Positions 35,301-50,300 of a stretch of 64,000 nucleotides of DNA are shown piece after piece; within the stretch, counting starts at the first letter, position 1; each line of letters starts with the position of its first letter. The notes under the pieces are model-generated. The model ran no database searches. It was not told the origin of the DNA and saw nothing but the letters and a program-made list of their open reading frames with translations. The position numbers and the translations under genes are program-made. The stretch comes from Vitrella brassicaformis CCMP3155. Its lineage: Eukaryota > Protista > Chromerida. The stretch covers positions 62,001-126,000 of the forward strand of contig CDMY01000791.1 of the NCBI GenBank assembly GCA_001179505.1. The letters run 5' to 3'.

Positions 35301-38300
35301 GCGGGCGGGCGGGGGGCTGGTCACCCGCTGGTGGCACCAACAGACGCGCATGGATTGCTGCGGACTCGTCTGCCGAGGACAGGGGCATCGCCGTAGTGAG
35401 CACTGCGTGTCGCTTCCCCTGCGGCGTGTCGTCGAGCAAGCAGTTCTGGGAGTTCCTCATGGATGGGTGCGACGGTATCACAGCGGTGCCTCTCAGTCGG
35501 TGGGACATGCACGTCTACTACGACGGGGAGGGGGACAACACGGGCGACCGGTGCTACGTGCAACACGGGGGCTTCATCGAGGACATCGAGTTCTTCGATG
35601 CGGGCGTGTTCGGCATTGCCACAGCAGAGGTGTGGAGCATGGACCCACAGCAACGGTGTGTGCTGGAGGTCGGCTACGAGGCCCTTCACGCAGCAGGATT
35701 CACCAGAGAGAGCCTGCTGGGGGGCGACACGGGCGTCTTCGTCGGCTGCTGCTCGTTCGACTGGAGCAACATGATGCACAAGTGCATCGCTCACGCCAGC
35801 CCCTTCAGCAGCACAGGGAGTGCGGCCAGCATCCTGGCCAACAGGATGTCGTACGTCTTCGGTCTGAAGGGTCCGAGCATGACCATCGACACGGCCTGCT
35901 CGTCCTCGCTCGTCGCCGTCGATATGGCCTCCCGCCACCTGTTGCGAGGCTATGGCAAGGCCGTCATGGCTGGCGGCGTCAACCTGATGCTCGCTCCCCA
36001 CTCATTCATCGCCTTCTGCAAGGCGGGCATGCTGGCGCCCGATGGCAAGTGCAAGACCTTCGACGAGGCAGCCAACGGATACTCGCGTGGTGATGGGTGC
36101 GGCATGGTGGTCATGAAGCGCCAGAGCGATGCCAGAGACAATGAAGATGACATTCTGGCGGTGCTGAGGGGGTCAGGGGTCAACCAGGACGGCAGATCGG
36201 CATCGCTCACCGCACCCAACGGCCCATCACAGCAGCGATGCATCCGGGCGGCCCTCGACGATGCGGGTGTCGGGGCGTCCGAGATCTCTTTTGTCGAGTG
36301 CCATGGCACCGGCACGCCTCTGGGCGACCCCATGGAGGTCCGCTCGCTGCACGCCGTCTTTGCCAAGGCTGCTCGCACCGCGCCGCTGGTGCTGGGTGCC
36401 GTCAAGACCAACGTCGGCCACTCGGAGGGCGCGTCGGGCATCGCCGGCCTCATCAAGACTGTCCTGGTGTTGCAACATGGGCAGGTCCCGCCCAACCTGC
36501 ACTTCAAGCAGCTCAATCACCACATCGCCAGCCTCCTCCAGGGCTTCCCCGTCCACTTCCCGGCCAAGGCCACCCGACTGGCTGCCGTTAAGGGGCAGAG
36601 GCTCAAGGCTGGCGTGCAGTCATTCGGCTTCGGTGGCACGAACGCCCACTGCGTGCTGGAGCAGGGGGACGGAGCATCGAGCACCAAGAAGCGTTCACAG
36701 CTGAGGGGAGATCGTCCTGTTGTCAGCTTCCTGTTCGGCGGAGAGGGCCATGCGCAAGTGGGCATGCTGCAGCAGCTCTACGAGACGGAGGACAGCTTTC
36801 GATCAGCACTCGACCGGTGCGACGGGATCCTGAGAAGCGCTGGTCAAGCGTCTCTTCTCACCACCCTCTACCCCACCCAGCCGCCCCTGCAGTCGTCAGC
36901 TCCCCCCTTGTCGTCGTCGCCAAGCAAGGATCAGTCCCACCCGCTGTCGCTGGACGATCCTCTGGTGGATTTCCCCGCCACCGTGTCCGTGGAGTATGCC
37001 CTGGCGGAGCTGTGGCGGTCGAGAGGTGTGATGCCCGATGTGGTTGTGGGACATGGGGTGGGAGAGCTTGCTGCCGCTGTTGTTGCCAATGTGATGCCAC
37101 TGGATGCGGCACTCACCCTTGCTGTGGAGCAGGCGAAGCTCATCAAAGCGACAGACGTCTTCTTCTCATGCGGATCAGCCAAGGTGGCGGAGAGTGAGGA
37201 GTTCGTGGTCTCGCTGATCATGGATCTCAGCCTGCAGAACAGTGTGGGCGTCGCAGCGACCATTGACGGATGCTCTGTGGTGGTCAACGGCGACATCGAC
37301 GGCCTGAAGACGCTCAAGCAGGCGCTCACTGAGTTGGATCCCCCCGTCCAGTGTGACATCGCTCCCTCCCTCCCATACCATTCTCCCGTCCTCGAGGCCG
37401 CTGCAGAGCAGCTGTCGGATACCATCGATCGGCTTCAAGACCAGCTGTCCGTGCCGTCGTGTTCGCTCGTGTCCACTCTCTCCGGCTTCATGGCCAACTC
37501 GGAGGTGGCCACGGTGGACTACTGGTGTCGGCAGTTCTACCAGACTGTACGATTCCGCGAGGCCATCAAGATGGTGGAAGACCTCAAGTGCAACATCTTC
37601 ATCGAGATTGCTCCCCAAGCCGCTTTGACCGACTTGGCAGCCCAGTCAGTGAGCCGCGACTGCCGTGACGGTTCTATGTGGGTGCCCACGCTCCAGCCTT
37701 CAGTCGAGGGGACCAAAGACAGGAGGCCCTCTGTGAAGTTGCCACGCGCAGAGTCGTTCCAGTCGCTGGCCCGCAGAGTCCAGCAAGCTGTTCGGCGCAC
37801 GTCATCGTCCGTCACATTCAACCGTCAGGCCTTCCCGTGGACCAAAACGGGCCATCCTCTCTTGTCGTCCAGGACTCACGAGCCCGACGGAATGACGGTG
37901 TACACGATGCAGCTGAGTCCCCGTCTCTTCGAGCTCTTCTCGCACCATGAGGTGGCGTCCAAGGCTGTCTTCCCGGCCGCTGGACAACTCGAGATGGTCG
38001 CAGCAGCAGCGCGACTGGATCGCCTGGTGCCAAGTGAGGACGCCGATCGCCCCTCGCTCTTCGACGACTGCCGTCCGGGATCACACCATCTGTGTGTCGA
38101 GCTGCATGACGTGTCCTTTGAGGCGCCCATCGTTATGGACGAGGAGGAAGGCACAATGCAGCCCCTGAGGTGCCAGCTCAAGGACGGCCGCTTTGCTATC
38201 ACGACGATCAAGGTCACCGACGGAAGTGAGTTCATTCATGCGTCGGGATCCGTGGACGTCGCACTCGAGTCCCTTCACGATGACTTTCCCGTGTCCCACC

Positions 38301-41300
38301 ACCAAGTCGACCCGAAGACTCTGCAGCAAGAGACGTGCACTGAGCCAGTCGACATCCCCCACTTGTACGAGGGCCTCCGAACCAACGGCCTCGTGTACGG
38401 CCCCCGCTTCAGGACCCTCAGGCAGGCCTGGGTGGGCACAGGCGACACGCGGGGGCAGGGCCTGGGGCTGGTGCGGCACGGAGGGGCTGGGCTGGAGCTG
38501 TTCGAGCGGCTGTTCGGCTTCCACCCAACCATTCTCGACGGCAGCCTGCATGTGGTGGCTTGCATCCTCGCAGCAGAGATGGCGCCGCCCAATGTGAAGG
38601 AGAGGGAGGATGCCGAGGACGACGACGGTGAGATGAAGCCCGCCACCCTGCACTACGATGGCATCTTCGTGCCCAGCTCCGTCAAGCGAGTGTCCATTGG
38701 GTCAGCCCCCCTCGGCGACAGTGTGTGGTCTCACGTGAGAGTGAGGCCTCAGGCGTCCGGGGACATCATGAGCCTCGACGTCACAACTCTCGTCGCAGAT
38801 GTGACTCTTCTGACCGATAGCGGATCGGTGCTGGGCGAGATCGAGACTTTGACGCTGAGGAAGTTGCACAGCACGAGCAAGATCTCTTACGCCATGCCCA
38901 AGGACGCCCTGTGGACGGTAGCGTGGGTGCCTGTGCCTGACCCGAGTGACGCATCATTGGCACAGCAGCGGCATGGGCCGGATGCCAGCAGTCCCTCCCT
39001 CTCTCCGGCCCCTCCCCGCTATCTGTTGATCGGTCTCGACGACACTCAAGCCGCCCAGATCAAGGAGGACCTGCAGGGTGTGGTCGACATCGTTGCTGTG
39101 CCGGACTGCAAGACTGATGCCGACGTCGGCCGGGTGATGGCGACAGTGCGCGAGGGCAGCTTCAGCAGAATCATCTATGCGGCGGCACTCGTGCTTGGGG
39201 CAAGTGTTGTTGATGTGTTGGATGGAGCGTTGAGACTGGTCAAGGCCCTTGCGAGTGACGAGAGTGGTGACAGCTACGCGAGTGCCACACCCACATTCAG
39301 TCCCAGCACCCTACAAGACAACATCTCCCCTGCTGCGCCGCCAGTCCGCTCTCACACACCTCGTCTGATCCTCTTGAACCAAGAGTCCGATCCCGTGTCC
39401 GTCGGCGCACACATGGCTCCTGCCGGTCTGTGGGGCTTCACTCGGGCGGTCAACGCGGAGCTCGCCGGTGTCCTCGAAGTTGAGTGCCTTGACGTCAGCA
39501 TCATGTCGCGGACGGACCACCACGACACATGGACAGAGGCACATGGCCTGACAGATGTCGCAAAGAGGCTCCGCAAGGGTGTGGAGGCGCTGGAGCACTC
39601 GGGCCAGCAGACCCTGGCGATCCGTCACGACAAGGCATTCGCCCCGCGCCTTGTCCGTCTTCTCGATGACCCCACGGGTGCTGTCGAGTGGTCGATGCAG
39701 CGGAGAGGGGCCCTTACCAATCTCAGAAGGCGGAAGCAACCTGTTGCCTCACGCCCACCTCCACAAGGCAGCCAAGTGGAGTTGCGTGTGTGCGCGGTTG
39801 GTTTGAATTTCCGCGACGTGTTGAATGTGATGGGACTGTATCCGGGCGACCCCGGGCCGCCGGGCAGCGACTGCTCGGGCATCGTCACGCGACTCGGACC
39901 AGACGTCACCGGCGCCACTCAGCACCATCCGCACTTCCGAGTGGGCGACGAAGTGCTGGGCATTGCGGCGGGCTGCCTCAAGACCTACGCCACGACGAGC
40001 TGCCTGCTGCTGACACACAAACCGATCAGTATGACCTTCGAGCAGGCCGCGGCGCAGCCCGTTGTCTTCACGACCGTGCAGCATGCCCTCGGAGACCTGG
40101 CGCAGCTCAAACAAGGCCAGAACGTCCTCATCCACGCGGCCACGGGCGGCGTCGGCCTCACGGCCGTCAACTACGCCAAGCGAGTCGGGGCGACCGTTTT
40201 CGCCACGGCCGGCAGCCAGGAGAAACAAGACTACCTGCGATCTCTCGGCGTCCAGCTCGTCGCCAGCTCCAGAGACCCGAAGGTGAGTCAGTCCATTGCA
40301 TGAGGGTGTGGTATGAGACGGCTGTCATCCTCCTTGTGTGTTGCCTGCTGCTGCTCGTCAGGTGTTCCGCGATGCCCTCGTCTCGTGGACTGGCGAGCAC
40401 GGCTTTGTCAACACGGTCCTCAACTCGCTGTCTGGCGACTTCATCAAGGCCTCCCTCGACGGCCTGCGGCAAGGCAGCGGCGGCACCTTCATCGAGCTCG
40501 GCAAGCGGGGCATCTGGACAGCGGAAGACGTCGCTGCCAAGTACTCACACGTCACCTACCATGTGGTGGCCATCGACGACACCATCGAGCAGCAGCCGGC
40601 GGACTTCCAGACCCTGTTGTCCCGCATCCACAGCCCTCTCGCCGACGGACAGGGCAGGTTGTCCGATCTGCCGCTGACTGAGTTCGATCTGGAGATGGAG
40701 GGAGTCGAGGCCTTCCAGTACATGCAGAGGGCCAAACACATCGGCAAGGTCTGCCTCCGACTACGGAGCTGCTTCGACCCACCGCCCCCATCGCCATCCC
40801 AGGCACTGCTGCAGGGCAAGAAGCTCCACGCGACACTTGAGGATCGTGTGTCGGACGTGTTGGATGGGTGTCAAGACCAAGTGTCAAGCTGGATCCAGGG
40901 CATGAAGGAGCTCGATGACATCTGTGTGAGCCTCGTCAACAATGCCCTGTCGCGGCTGTCCGAGAAGCAGGGCCGTGGGGACCGAGTCGAGGAAGCCACG
41001 CTGCAGCTGCTTCGCGCTCGGCTGTCTGCCATTGATTCCTCGACCGCCTCTGACCTGAGTCGCCCGCAAGGCACCGTCGCTGCTTCCGTGTCGTCTGTCG
41101 AAGATGTTCTGAGGAGGCACAGCGAAGTGGATGCCGAGGCAAAGCTGCTGCAGGCGGTCATGACGCGACTGACCGATGTCATCGACCAAGGCCAATCACC
41201 GTCAGCTGGAGGCCAGAGGGACACTGAGGGCGGTGCAAGTGCTGCCCAGCCTCAAGATGGCAAGGAGGGCCATCTCGTCGACGCGGCCTTGTCTCACGGG

Positions 41301-44300
41301 ATTGAGGATTGTTTGGATGTTTCGCTGTTGACACACACTTGTTGCCGAGTGGCGGCACAGGCCATCAGGGCGATGGAGGATGCATGCTCGTCCGGCCGAC
41401 ATTTGTCGGTCCTCATTGTGGGCCACAGCGTCGGCCACGCCGTCCAGTCCCTCGTCCGCGAAGTGGCCGACCACAACGTCCGCATCACTGTCACCGACAG
41501 GGACTTGCCGTCGCTGCAGAAGGCCGCTGAGAAGCTTCGAGGCCTGCGGAACCTTTCGTTTGCCTTGCTGGATGTGTCAGAGGATCCACGGGCTTACGGC
41601 TTCGGCTCGGCTTCCTTTGAGGCCGTAATCACCGTCAATGCCATCCGGAGCGCTGAGGACTGTGACGCAGCGGTGCGACACCTGAAGGACCTCCTTACCG
41701 ACAATGGTGCCCTCATCCTCACGGAACCAGGCCTCCTCGGGTCGCCTTTCACTGCCCTCACGATGGGTGTCTTCGACTCACACGCTACTCCACATCAGGA
41801 CGGCCTGACGAGGGACTCGATTGAGGCAGTGCTGGAGAAACACGGCCTTGACGCCAGCCTGCCTGGCGGGCAGTCCCGACTCTTCCAGCAACAGCGCCTC
41901 ATCCTTGGCGTCTCTGAGGTCCAGTCTCATGGTCCGCGGTCCACCTCTCCTGCGCATGCGCATGCGCCTGGGGAGTCGTGTTATGTGATCACCGGAGGAT
42001 TCGGCTGCCTGGGTCTGTGGATGGCGCGGCACCTTATCGAGAATGGTGCCCGTCATCTGGCCTTCCTGTCCAGGAGCAATGCTCCAAGAGACGAGTACCG
42101 ACCCGAGTGGGAGGCGCTCCAGCAGAGCAGCGTCACGATCGAAGCCATTCCATGCGATGTGACGGACGCAGGCAGCGTCAGTGCTGCAATGGAGCAGCTG
42201 ATCGACGGCAACTCAAAGCAAAGGCCCCCCGTCAAGGGCGTGTTTCACCTTGCCGGTGCCCTGGCTGACGGCAGTCTGCAGAAACAGACGCGAGAGATGC
42301 TGCAGCTGGTCTTCGATGTCAAAGTCAAGGGAGCCCACAATCTGCACGAGGCGCTGCAAGGCCTTGACGTCGAGTTGGACCACTTCACGGTGTTCTCGTC
42401 CATCACTGGTCTGTTTGGGTCCCTCGGCCAGTCCAACTACGCCGCGGCCAACTCGTGTCTTGATGCCTTCATGGCCTACAGGCGATCGACGGGCTTGTGC
42501 GGGCAGAGCATCCAGTGGGGCCCCGTGGCGCAGTCGGCAATGGCGGGCAGCAAGCGAGTGGAGGAGCTGGTCGCACTACAGGTATGCACACACGGATGCA
42601 TCAGCCAGCCAGACACACACACACACACACACTCACACACATGCATTTTCTTTCCTGCGTGCAGGGGCTGAAGCTGATCGAGAGGCATGTGTTTGAGAGG
42701 GGTTTCTATGCAGCCGTGCGCACCGGTGTCCCCCAGGTGTGCATCGCCCTCATCAACTGGAGGGCCGAGGCGTTCGCGCACCGGCCGTCGGCCTTCTTTG
42801 ATGCCTTCCGCTTGAGTGACAGTGTCGACGCCTCGTTCCACCAGCGACAGACAGACGGTATGCTGACCGGCGACATGGATCCCATCGCCCTGAAGCTCAG
42901 CCGCATCCCTGAACCGGAGCGCAAACAGTGGCTCCAGTCCGTGGTGCTTGACGCCGTCGAGAAGAGCAGCAGCGTCCGGCCGTCTCTCTCCCTGCCTTTG
43001 ATGGAGCTGGGCATCGACTCCCTTGCGGCAGTGGAGCTCCGGAACGAGCTGTCCCGACGGCTGGGCATACGCCTGCCGGCCACCCTGCTCTTCGACTTCC
43101 CCACCGTCGGGCAGATCGTCGACTTTGTGTATGAGGAAGCCATGAAGCAGCTCCACGACGGCATCGCCGAGAAGAGCCCTGGTCAGGCCGCTCTAGGTGG
43201 GCTGGACAAGGGCTCTGGTGCCGATGCCTTGGTCATCAGTGGGATGGACTGCCGGATGCCGGGTTGCGAGGAGTCGCCTGGCGGCTTCTGGCGTCTGTTG
43301 GTCGACCAGGTGGATGCAGTGCGGCCAGTGCCGCTGAGTCGGTGGGACATGGACGAGATCTATGACAGCAACATGGAGGCGGACGGCCGCAGCTACTGCA
43401 AGGAGGCCGCCTTCGTGTCACACGCTGAGCTCTTCGACATGGGCTTCTTCGGCATATCGTCAGCTGAGGCCGAGACCATGGACCCGCAACAAAGAGTCAT
43501 GATGGAGGTCGGCTATGGCGCGTTGCATACGGCCGGCTATCGGCAGCAGAGCGTCTCGGGAAGCAACACCGGGGTCTTCATCGGATGCTGCGGCTACGAC
43601 TGGAGCTACCGACTGGTCGACGCCAAGTCGATTGGCACCTACACCGGCACCGGCGTCGCCGTGTCGATCCTAGCTAACCGCATCTCCTTCGCGCTTGGCC
43701 TTCGCGGCCCCTCATTGACTATCGACACGGCCTGTTCATCGTCCCTGGTAGCTCTCGACGCTGCCTGTCAAAGTCTGCGGTCACACCGGTGCCGCACCGC
43801 CCTGGTGGGCGGGGTGCAGCTGATGCTCAGTGGACAGGGGCTGGTGGTCTTCTGCAAGTCCAAGATGATGTCACCCAGCGGCCGCTGCAAGACATTCGAC
43901 GCCAGTGCCGACGGATTTGGCAGAGGGGAGGGGTGCGGGGCTGTCGTCGTGGAGTCCATGCACTCCCTCACTGACCGGGCGGCAGGAAGACATGCCCTAG
44001 CCATGGTCCGTGGCTCAGCAGTCAATCAGGACGGCCGGAGCGCGACGCTGATGGCCCCCAACGGCCCAGCACAGCAGGACTGCATTCGCCGAGCCCTCCA
44101 GGACGGCGACGTGCGGCCTGAAGACGTGGTATTCATTGAGACCCACGGGACGGGCACGCAGCTCGGCGACCCGATGGAAGTGGGCGCGCTCAAGGCTGTA
44201 TTGGTGGACAACCACAGGTCGAACCATCAGCCGCTCTTCCTCGGGTCCGTCAAGAGCAACATCGGGCATCTTTTCGGGGCTGCAGGCATTGCAGGGCTCA

Positions 44301-47300
44301 TCAAGACCATCCTGGTGTTCCAGCACGGCCAGGTGCCACCCAACGTGCACCTGAAACAGCTGAGCCCCCACCTGGACTTCGACAGTGTCATCACGCTGCC
44401 GACGGGGATGGCTGCACTCCCCACGTACCCGGAGGACAGCGGGCGGAAGTCGATGGGCGGCGTCTCGTCATTCGGCTTCGGCGGGACCAACGCACACGTC
44501 ATCATCTCTGCAGCAGCCGACGGCCCGCGTGACGCAGCAGCACTCACCGCCTTGGTACAGGAGAGGCACATCTTCCTCAATCGGACGTCGTTGCCGTGGA
44601 CCGACGTGTGGCATCCCTTCCTCAAAGAGAAGGCTGCACGGGACGGCCGTACGGCTTACCTGTGTCCCGTCGACGCCAAGGTGTTTGGTGTGGTGTGCGA
44701 CCACGTCATTCTGTCCCGCATCATCTGGCCTGCGGCTGGCTACCTCGAGATGGCGGCGGCGGTTGCACGCGACGCAGATCGCAAAAGGAGGAGGAGCGGC
44801 GTCGTCACGCTTGAGGACGTGAGCATCGACAACCCGCTGCTGCTCAGAAGGCCGCCAGATGACACGGACAGGCAAGCCACCTGGACTGGGCCCGTGCTGT
44901 CGTGCGACATCGATCCAACCGATGGTGCTTTCGAGATGACCGCCAGTGACGAACATCTGGTGGCGGGGAGAGCCCTCATGGATGAGACTGAGGGCGCCGG
45001 GCTGGCGGATATCCCTCCACTCCAAGAGATCCGCCAGCGGCTGACGACCGAGATATCCCCCCATCACTTCTACTCGACCGTGGCAGAGGCGGGGTTGCAG
45101 CTGCAGCGGAAGTTCCAGGTTCTGAAGGAGCTGTACTGGGACCCTTCTTCACTAGAGGTGCTGGGGCGGGCAGAGGTGGACACCGATTTGCACCTGGGCA
45201 CGTCCTTCGAGAGCTCCTTCGGCATCCACCCCGCCCTACTGGACGGCACACTGCAGCTGCCCGCCATGGGCATTCTCGCCACCCCCGAAGGCCACACCCC
45301 TGACTTGTTTGTCCCTGCTGGCATCAAGACGGCCACCATCTCGTTCAAGACGCAGCCGCATTCGCGAACGCTCTGGTCCCATATCAAGGTCGGTGCCCGC
45401 GACACGGAGAAGGGCACACTGGACATCCAGATGACCGTGTGGGATGGCGAGGGCAGGGCCGTGGCTGCCTTCCAGCACTTCACGTACCAACAGGTCAAGA
45501 TGGGACGGACCATGCAGCAGGCCGCCATCCGAGAGCTCCGAGAGACGACCACACTATGGCAGGTCGTCTGGGAACCCCTCAAGGATGGCACCCAGACCAG
45601 GAACACAGAGGACGAGGCAGCTCCAGCAGATCCATCAGCGGAGAAGGGCCACGCTGATCGACCTGTCCTTCTTGTCCTCAGCTCATGCTGTGATCTGGGA
45701 GATGCACCACCTCTGCCCGTGGGAGTGACGACGGTCCACCTCACAGCATCTGACAAACATGGGGGCTACCGCGAGCAGGTGCAGCCCTTCCTGGTGCAGT
45801 CGAGCGACAAGTGGAGGCAATGGGAGGCTGTCATCTTCTCCCCTGGCCCACCCAGCAGCTCGGACAGAGCCACCATGGCGGCGACAGAGAAGATGGTCCT
45901 GTACGAGGCCATCCAGGTGGCGCTTTCGCTCTCAACCAGTACTTCATCCGAAGGCGGCAAGGAGAGCCAGGGACAGCACAACGCAGCCCTGTTCATCGCC
46001 GCCGCAGGCGCACTCCACGGACTCAGCGGCGCGGAACCGCACGAGCCAGTTCATGCCGGTCTGTTGGGTGGCCTCGCCCGCTCCCTCCGCCTCGAGCTGC
46101 CCCAGCTGTCGATCCACACGGTGGGCTTCGACAGGCAGACATGCACTCTACCTCTCATCGTGGACAAGGTTCGGGAGCGGATCGATGCCGGCCTGTCTGT
46201 GGAGTCTGAGCTTGCATGGGGGGACCAGCAGTGGCGAGTGCCCCGGCTGGCCAGCGGGGCGCAGCTGCTCCACAAGGGCGGGGGGATTAAGTGCACTGGG
46301 GCCACCCTGCCGGAACTGAGGGTCGAGCCACTGCTCGACAAGGAGCGGAGGGCACCGGAGGGCGCAGATGGAGAGGTCGAGATCCGAGTGCGTGCCGTAT
46401 GTCTTGTCAAGGACGATGGTGGTCTCGGTGGGGCGACGGGCAAAACCGTCGCAGGAACGGTTGTGGCTCTTCCAGACCTTCCAGACGACGGCTTGGCTGA
46501 CAACAGGCTGCAGGTTGGGGATGATGTCTTCGGCTTCGTCCCCAGCGGTGCCCTTCGGAGCTACGTGACGACACATGCAACGCTGCTGGCCAAGGTGCCC
46601 CCCCAACACCAGCTGTCCTTCGAGCAAATGGCCGCTCTCCCTGCTGCATTCGCCATCACCGACACTGGGCTGAGGGACCTGGCCCAAGTCAAGTCTGGGC
46701 ATAAGGTGCTCATCACGGAGGCCGCAACCGACGTGGGTTTGGCGGCGATTCAGTACTGCCGTCGTGTGGGTGCGACGGTGTATGCGACGGCTGGGAGCGC
46801 CGAGAAGCAGCAGTACCTGCGGTCTCTGGGCGTCGAGTACGTGACGAGCACGCGAGACGTCAGCCGCTTCAAGACCGACATGAGGGCCTTCCTCGGCGTC
46901 CCTCGAGAGGGCGGCGGTGCATTGCCGACCGATGGCGATGCCGGCCTCGACGTCGTCCTCAACTGCCTGTCGCAGGGATCCAATGAAGAAACGTCAATGG
47001 AGTTTCTGCGAGCGGGAGGGTGCGTTGTGGACTGCGGGAATGACAGTCGCGACGGAGAGAGTGGTCGCCGACCTGACGTTCGTTACCACAGACTTGCCTT
47101 CGCTGACCTTCTCGGCAGTGATTCTGGTGTGCTGCGGCAGAAGCTCGATGAGCTTCAGCAAATGCTGAGCGATGGTCGCCTGCAAGCCCTTCCGCTGCGT
47201 GCCTTCGACGTCGACACCAACCAAGCGACAAAGAACGGGCGCTCGGGGGTTGCTGCCGCATTCCAGTGCCTGCAGGAAGCACAGCACATAGGCAGCGTCA

Positions 47301-50300
47301 TCGTGCGCTTCCCAACGTGCTTCGGTTCCTCAAGGATGTTACACGGCGGCTCCCTCAATGGTGTTCACGTGATAACAGGTGGTGTGGGTGGATTGGGTTT
47401 GGTGGTTGCCCGTTGGCTGGTGAGTGAGGGCGTCAAGTCGATAGTGCTCGTGTCGCGCAGGGGCGCCCCGCCGGCCCAGACCGACGCCAAGACCGGAGAG
47501 CCCAACCCCCTCTACACACACTGGCAGTGGCTCACACAATCGGCCGCAAACGTCACAATCAAGAAGGCAGACGTCAGCAACATGGAACACGTGGACTCCT
47601 TGGTTGCTGAGTGTGCCAGCGACGGCATGCTTGGAGGGATATGGCATGCTGCGGGGGTCCTTGCGGACGCGCCTGCAGCTGACCAGACCCTCGAGATGAT
47701 CGGGCGGGTCTTCGACCCGAAGGCTCTCGGTGCGTGGAACTTCCACGATTCGATGGCCAGGCAGGGCGCTGAGTGCGGCTGCCTCATGGCGTTCTCCTCG
47801 GTCACTTCCGTCCTCGGAAACTTTGGGCAGGCCAACTATGCGGCGGCCAACTCGTGCCTCGACGCCTTGATGCACTACAGGGCAACGGTCGCTTCCATCC
47901 AGCAGCAGACTGGCATCTCTGCAGACACGCCTGGCGTGGCCGCTGAGGAGCCCCCAGGCGTCCCTTGCTGCATCAACAAGAGCATCCAATGGGGAGCCTG
48001 GTCCGAGCAGGGCATGGCCCTTGGCACCGTCGATGAGAGGCGGCTGAAGGCCATCGGGATGCGGGGGATCACCAACGAGATGGGACTGCGGATCATCGAC
48101 ACCCTCATCCGCTTCGCTGACCCGATGCCATCCGCGTCAGTGACCCTGGCGCAGCCACTGGACCTGCCCCAATTCCTCAAGGCGAGAGATCACGTGCCTG
48201 CACTGTTCGTGAACCTCGCCCCGAAGAGGCAGGAGGGCTCTGGGAAGACCAAGCGCATCAGTGGTTTCGAGAACATGTCCGCCGAGGACAGATTGCAGTT
48301 CGTGCAGACGACAGTGTCGCAGGCAGCGAAGGATGTGTTGAGCATGCAGGCGGACGAGATGCCCTCCCCGGACACTCCTTTAGGGGAGCTGGGCCTCGAC
48401 AGCCTCTCGGCCGTCGAGTTCAGGAACAGGATCAACGAGCAACTGGGGGTCAAGCTGCCGCCCACCGCCATGTTCGACTTCCCAACCATCACAAAGCTGG
48501 TCGAGTACATCTACGAGGAGGTGTCCCCCGCAGAAGGCACAGATGCGGCCGCAGCTGCCGATACCCAGCTGGCGGATCGGCAATTGCAGGACCAATCTGC
48601 AGTGGGGGTCGGGTTTGCGATCACGGGCATGTCGTGCCGCTTCCCGGGTGGCAGCAACTCGATAGCCGCCTTCTGGCAGGCACTGATGGACAAGAAGGAT
48701 GCGGTAATCCCCATCCCCTTCTCGCGTTGGGACGGTGACGTGGTCTACAACCCCGACATGGACTCGGACGGCCGGTCGTCCTACACGCGCATGGCCTCCT
48801 TCCTCGACCACCCGGAGCGATTCGACTGCACCTTCTTCGGCGTCAGCCGAGACGAGGCGTGGTACCTCGACCCGCAGCAGCGCCTCATGCTCGAAGTCGG
48901 ATACGAGGCCCTCGACCAGGCCGGCCACGACAAGTACGACCTGGCAGGGGAGATGATCGGGTGCTTCATCGGCGTGTGCAACTCTGACTGGGCGGGGGTG
49001 ATGAGAGGGACCAAGGCCACGGCCTACACGGGCACAGCGGTGGCCCTGTCCCTCTGTGCAAATCGCGTGTCATACACCCTGGGCTTGAAGGGCCCCAGTA
49101 TGTGCTTCGACACGGCCTGCTCGTCGGCTCTGGTGGCATGCGATGCGGCCTGCCTTAACCTCCGCGGCGGCCGATGCTCAGAGGCACTAGTTGGCGGAAC
49201 ACAGGTCAGGGAAGTGAGGCAAGTCGGAGGGATAAGCATTAGGAGGCACCCATTGTCTCCTCTTGGATGTAGGTGTTGAGCACGACCCAGACATTCGTGG
49301 CCTTTTCTCAGTCCAAGATGCTGAGCCCTGACGGCCACTGCAAGACCTTCGACGCAGGCGCCAACGGCTTCGGCAGAGGCGAGGGCACGGGAGCTGTCGT
49401 CCTCAGCCGACTGGCCGATGTCGAAAAGGAAGGTCGCCTTATGTGGGGCATTCTCAGAGGCGCAGCGGTCAATCAGGACGGCCGCAGTGCCACTCTGATG
49501 GCACCCAATGGCCCTTCCCAGCAGCAGGTCCTGAGGATGGCTCTCGCTGAGGGCCGAGTCGACCCACGTGACGTCGCCTATATCGAGGCACACGGGACCG
49601 GCACCGTCCTTGGTCAGACCAACACACCACACGCGCTGGCATACATTCAGACGGAACACATACACACGTGGATGCATCTCCGCAACGTCTGCAAACTTTC
49701 CTTCAGGTGATCCAATCGAGCTCGGTGCCTTGCAGACTGTCCTTCCCAGACGGTCCCCCGGGGCGCCCCCCCTGGTGATAGCTTCCGGCAAGACCAACAT
49801 CAACCACCTTGAGGGGTCGGCAGGCATTGCAGGTCTCATCAAGTTGGTTCTGGTGCTTCAGAACCAGATCGCCCCCGCCAACATCCACCTCAAAGCCCTC
49901 AACCCGCTCATCGGAGTCGAAGAGTGGGACGTCGTCTTTCCCACGGAGTGCATGCGACTGACGCCGACGCGACACGACGACAATGGTGCAGCCACCCTGG
50001 TAGGCGGCGTATCGTCTTTTGGCTTTGGCGGCACCAACAGCCACGCCGTGGTTGAGTGCGGCAAGGCCAACACCGCCCTGCCCTTCCACCAACGGCCCAA
50101 GAGGACCATCGCCTTCCTCTTCACTGGCCAGGGCTCGGAGTCCGTGGGCATGTGCCGACAGCTGTACCAGAGAGAGGAGGTCTTCCGCACAGCCATCAAG
50201 CGATGCGCGGCCATTCTGGACAAGCTTCTCCCTGAGCCCCTCATGGCCGTCCTGTACCCGGATGTGCCCAAGAAGGAGATCGACGAGCGCACCAGCCAGC

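Noticed and set aside
40800-41950. Active C-methyltransferase in module 1
   Set aside because: The SAM-binding GxGxG motif and catalytic His are not conserved; called a pseudo-MT instead.
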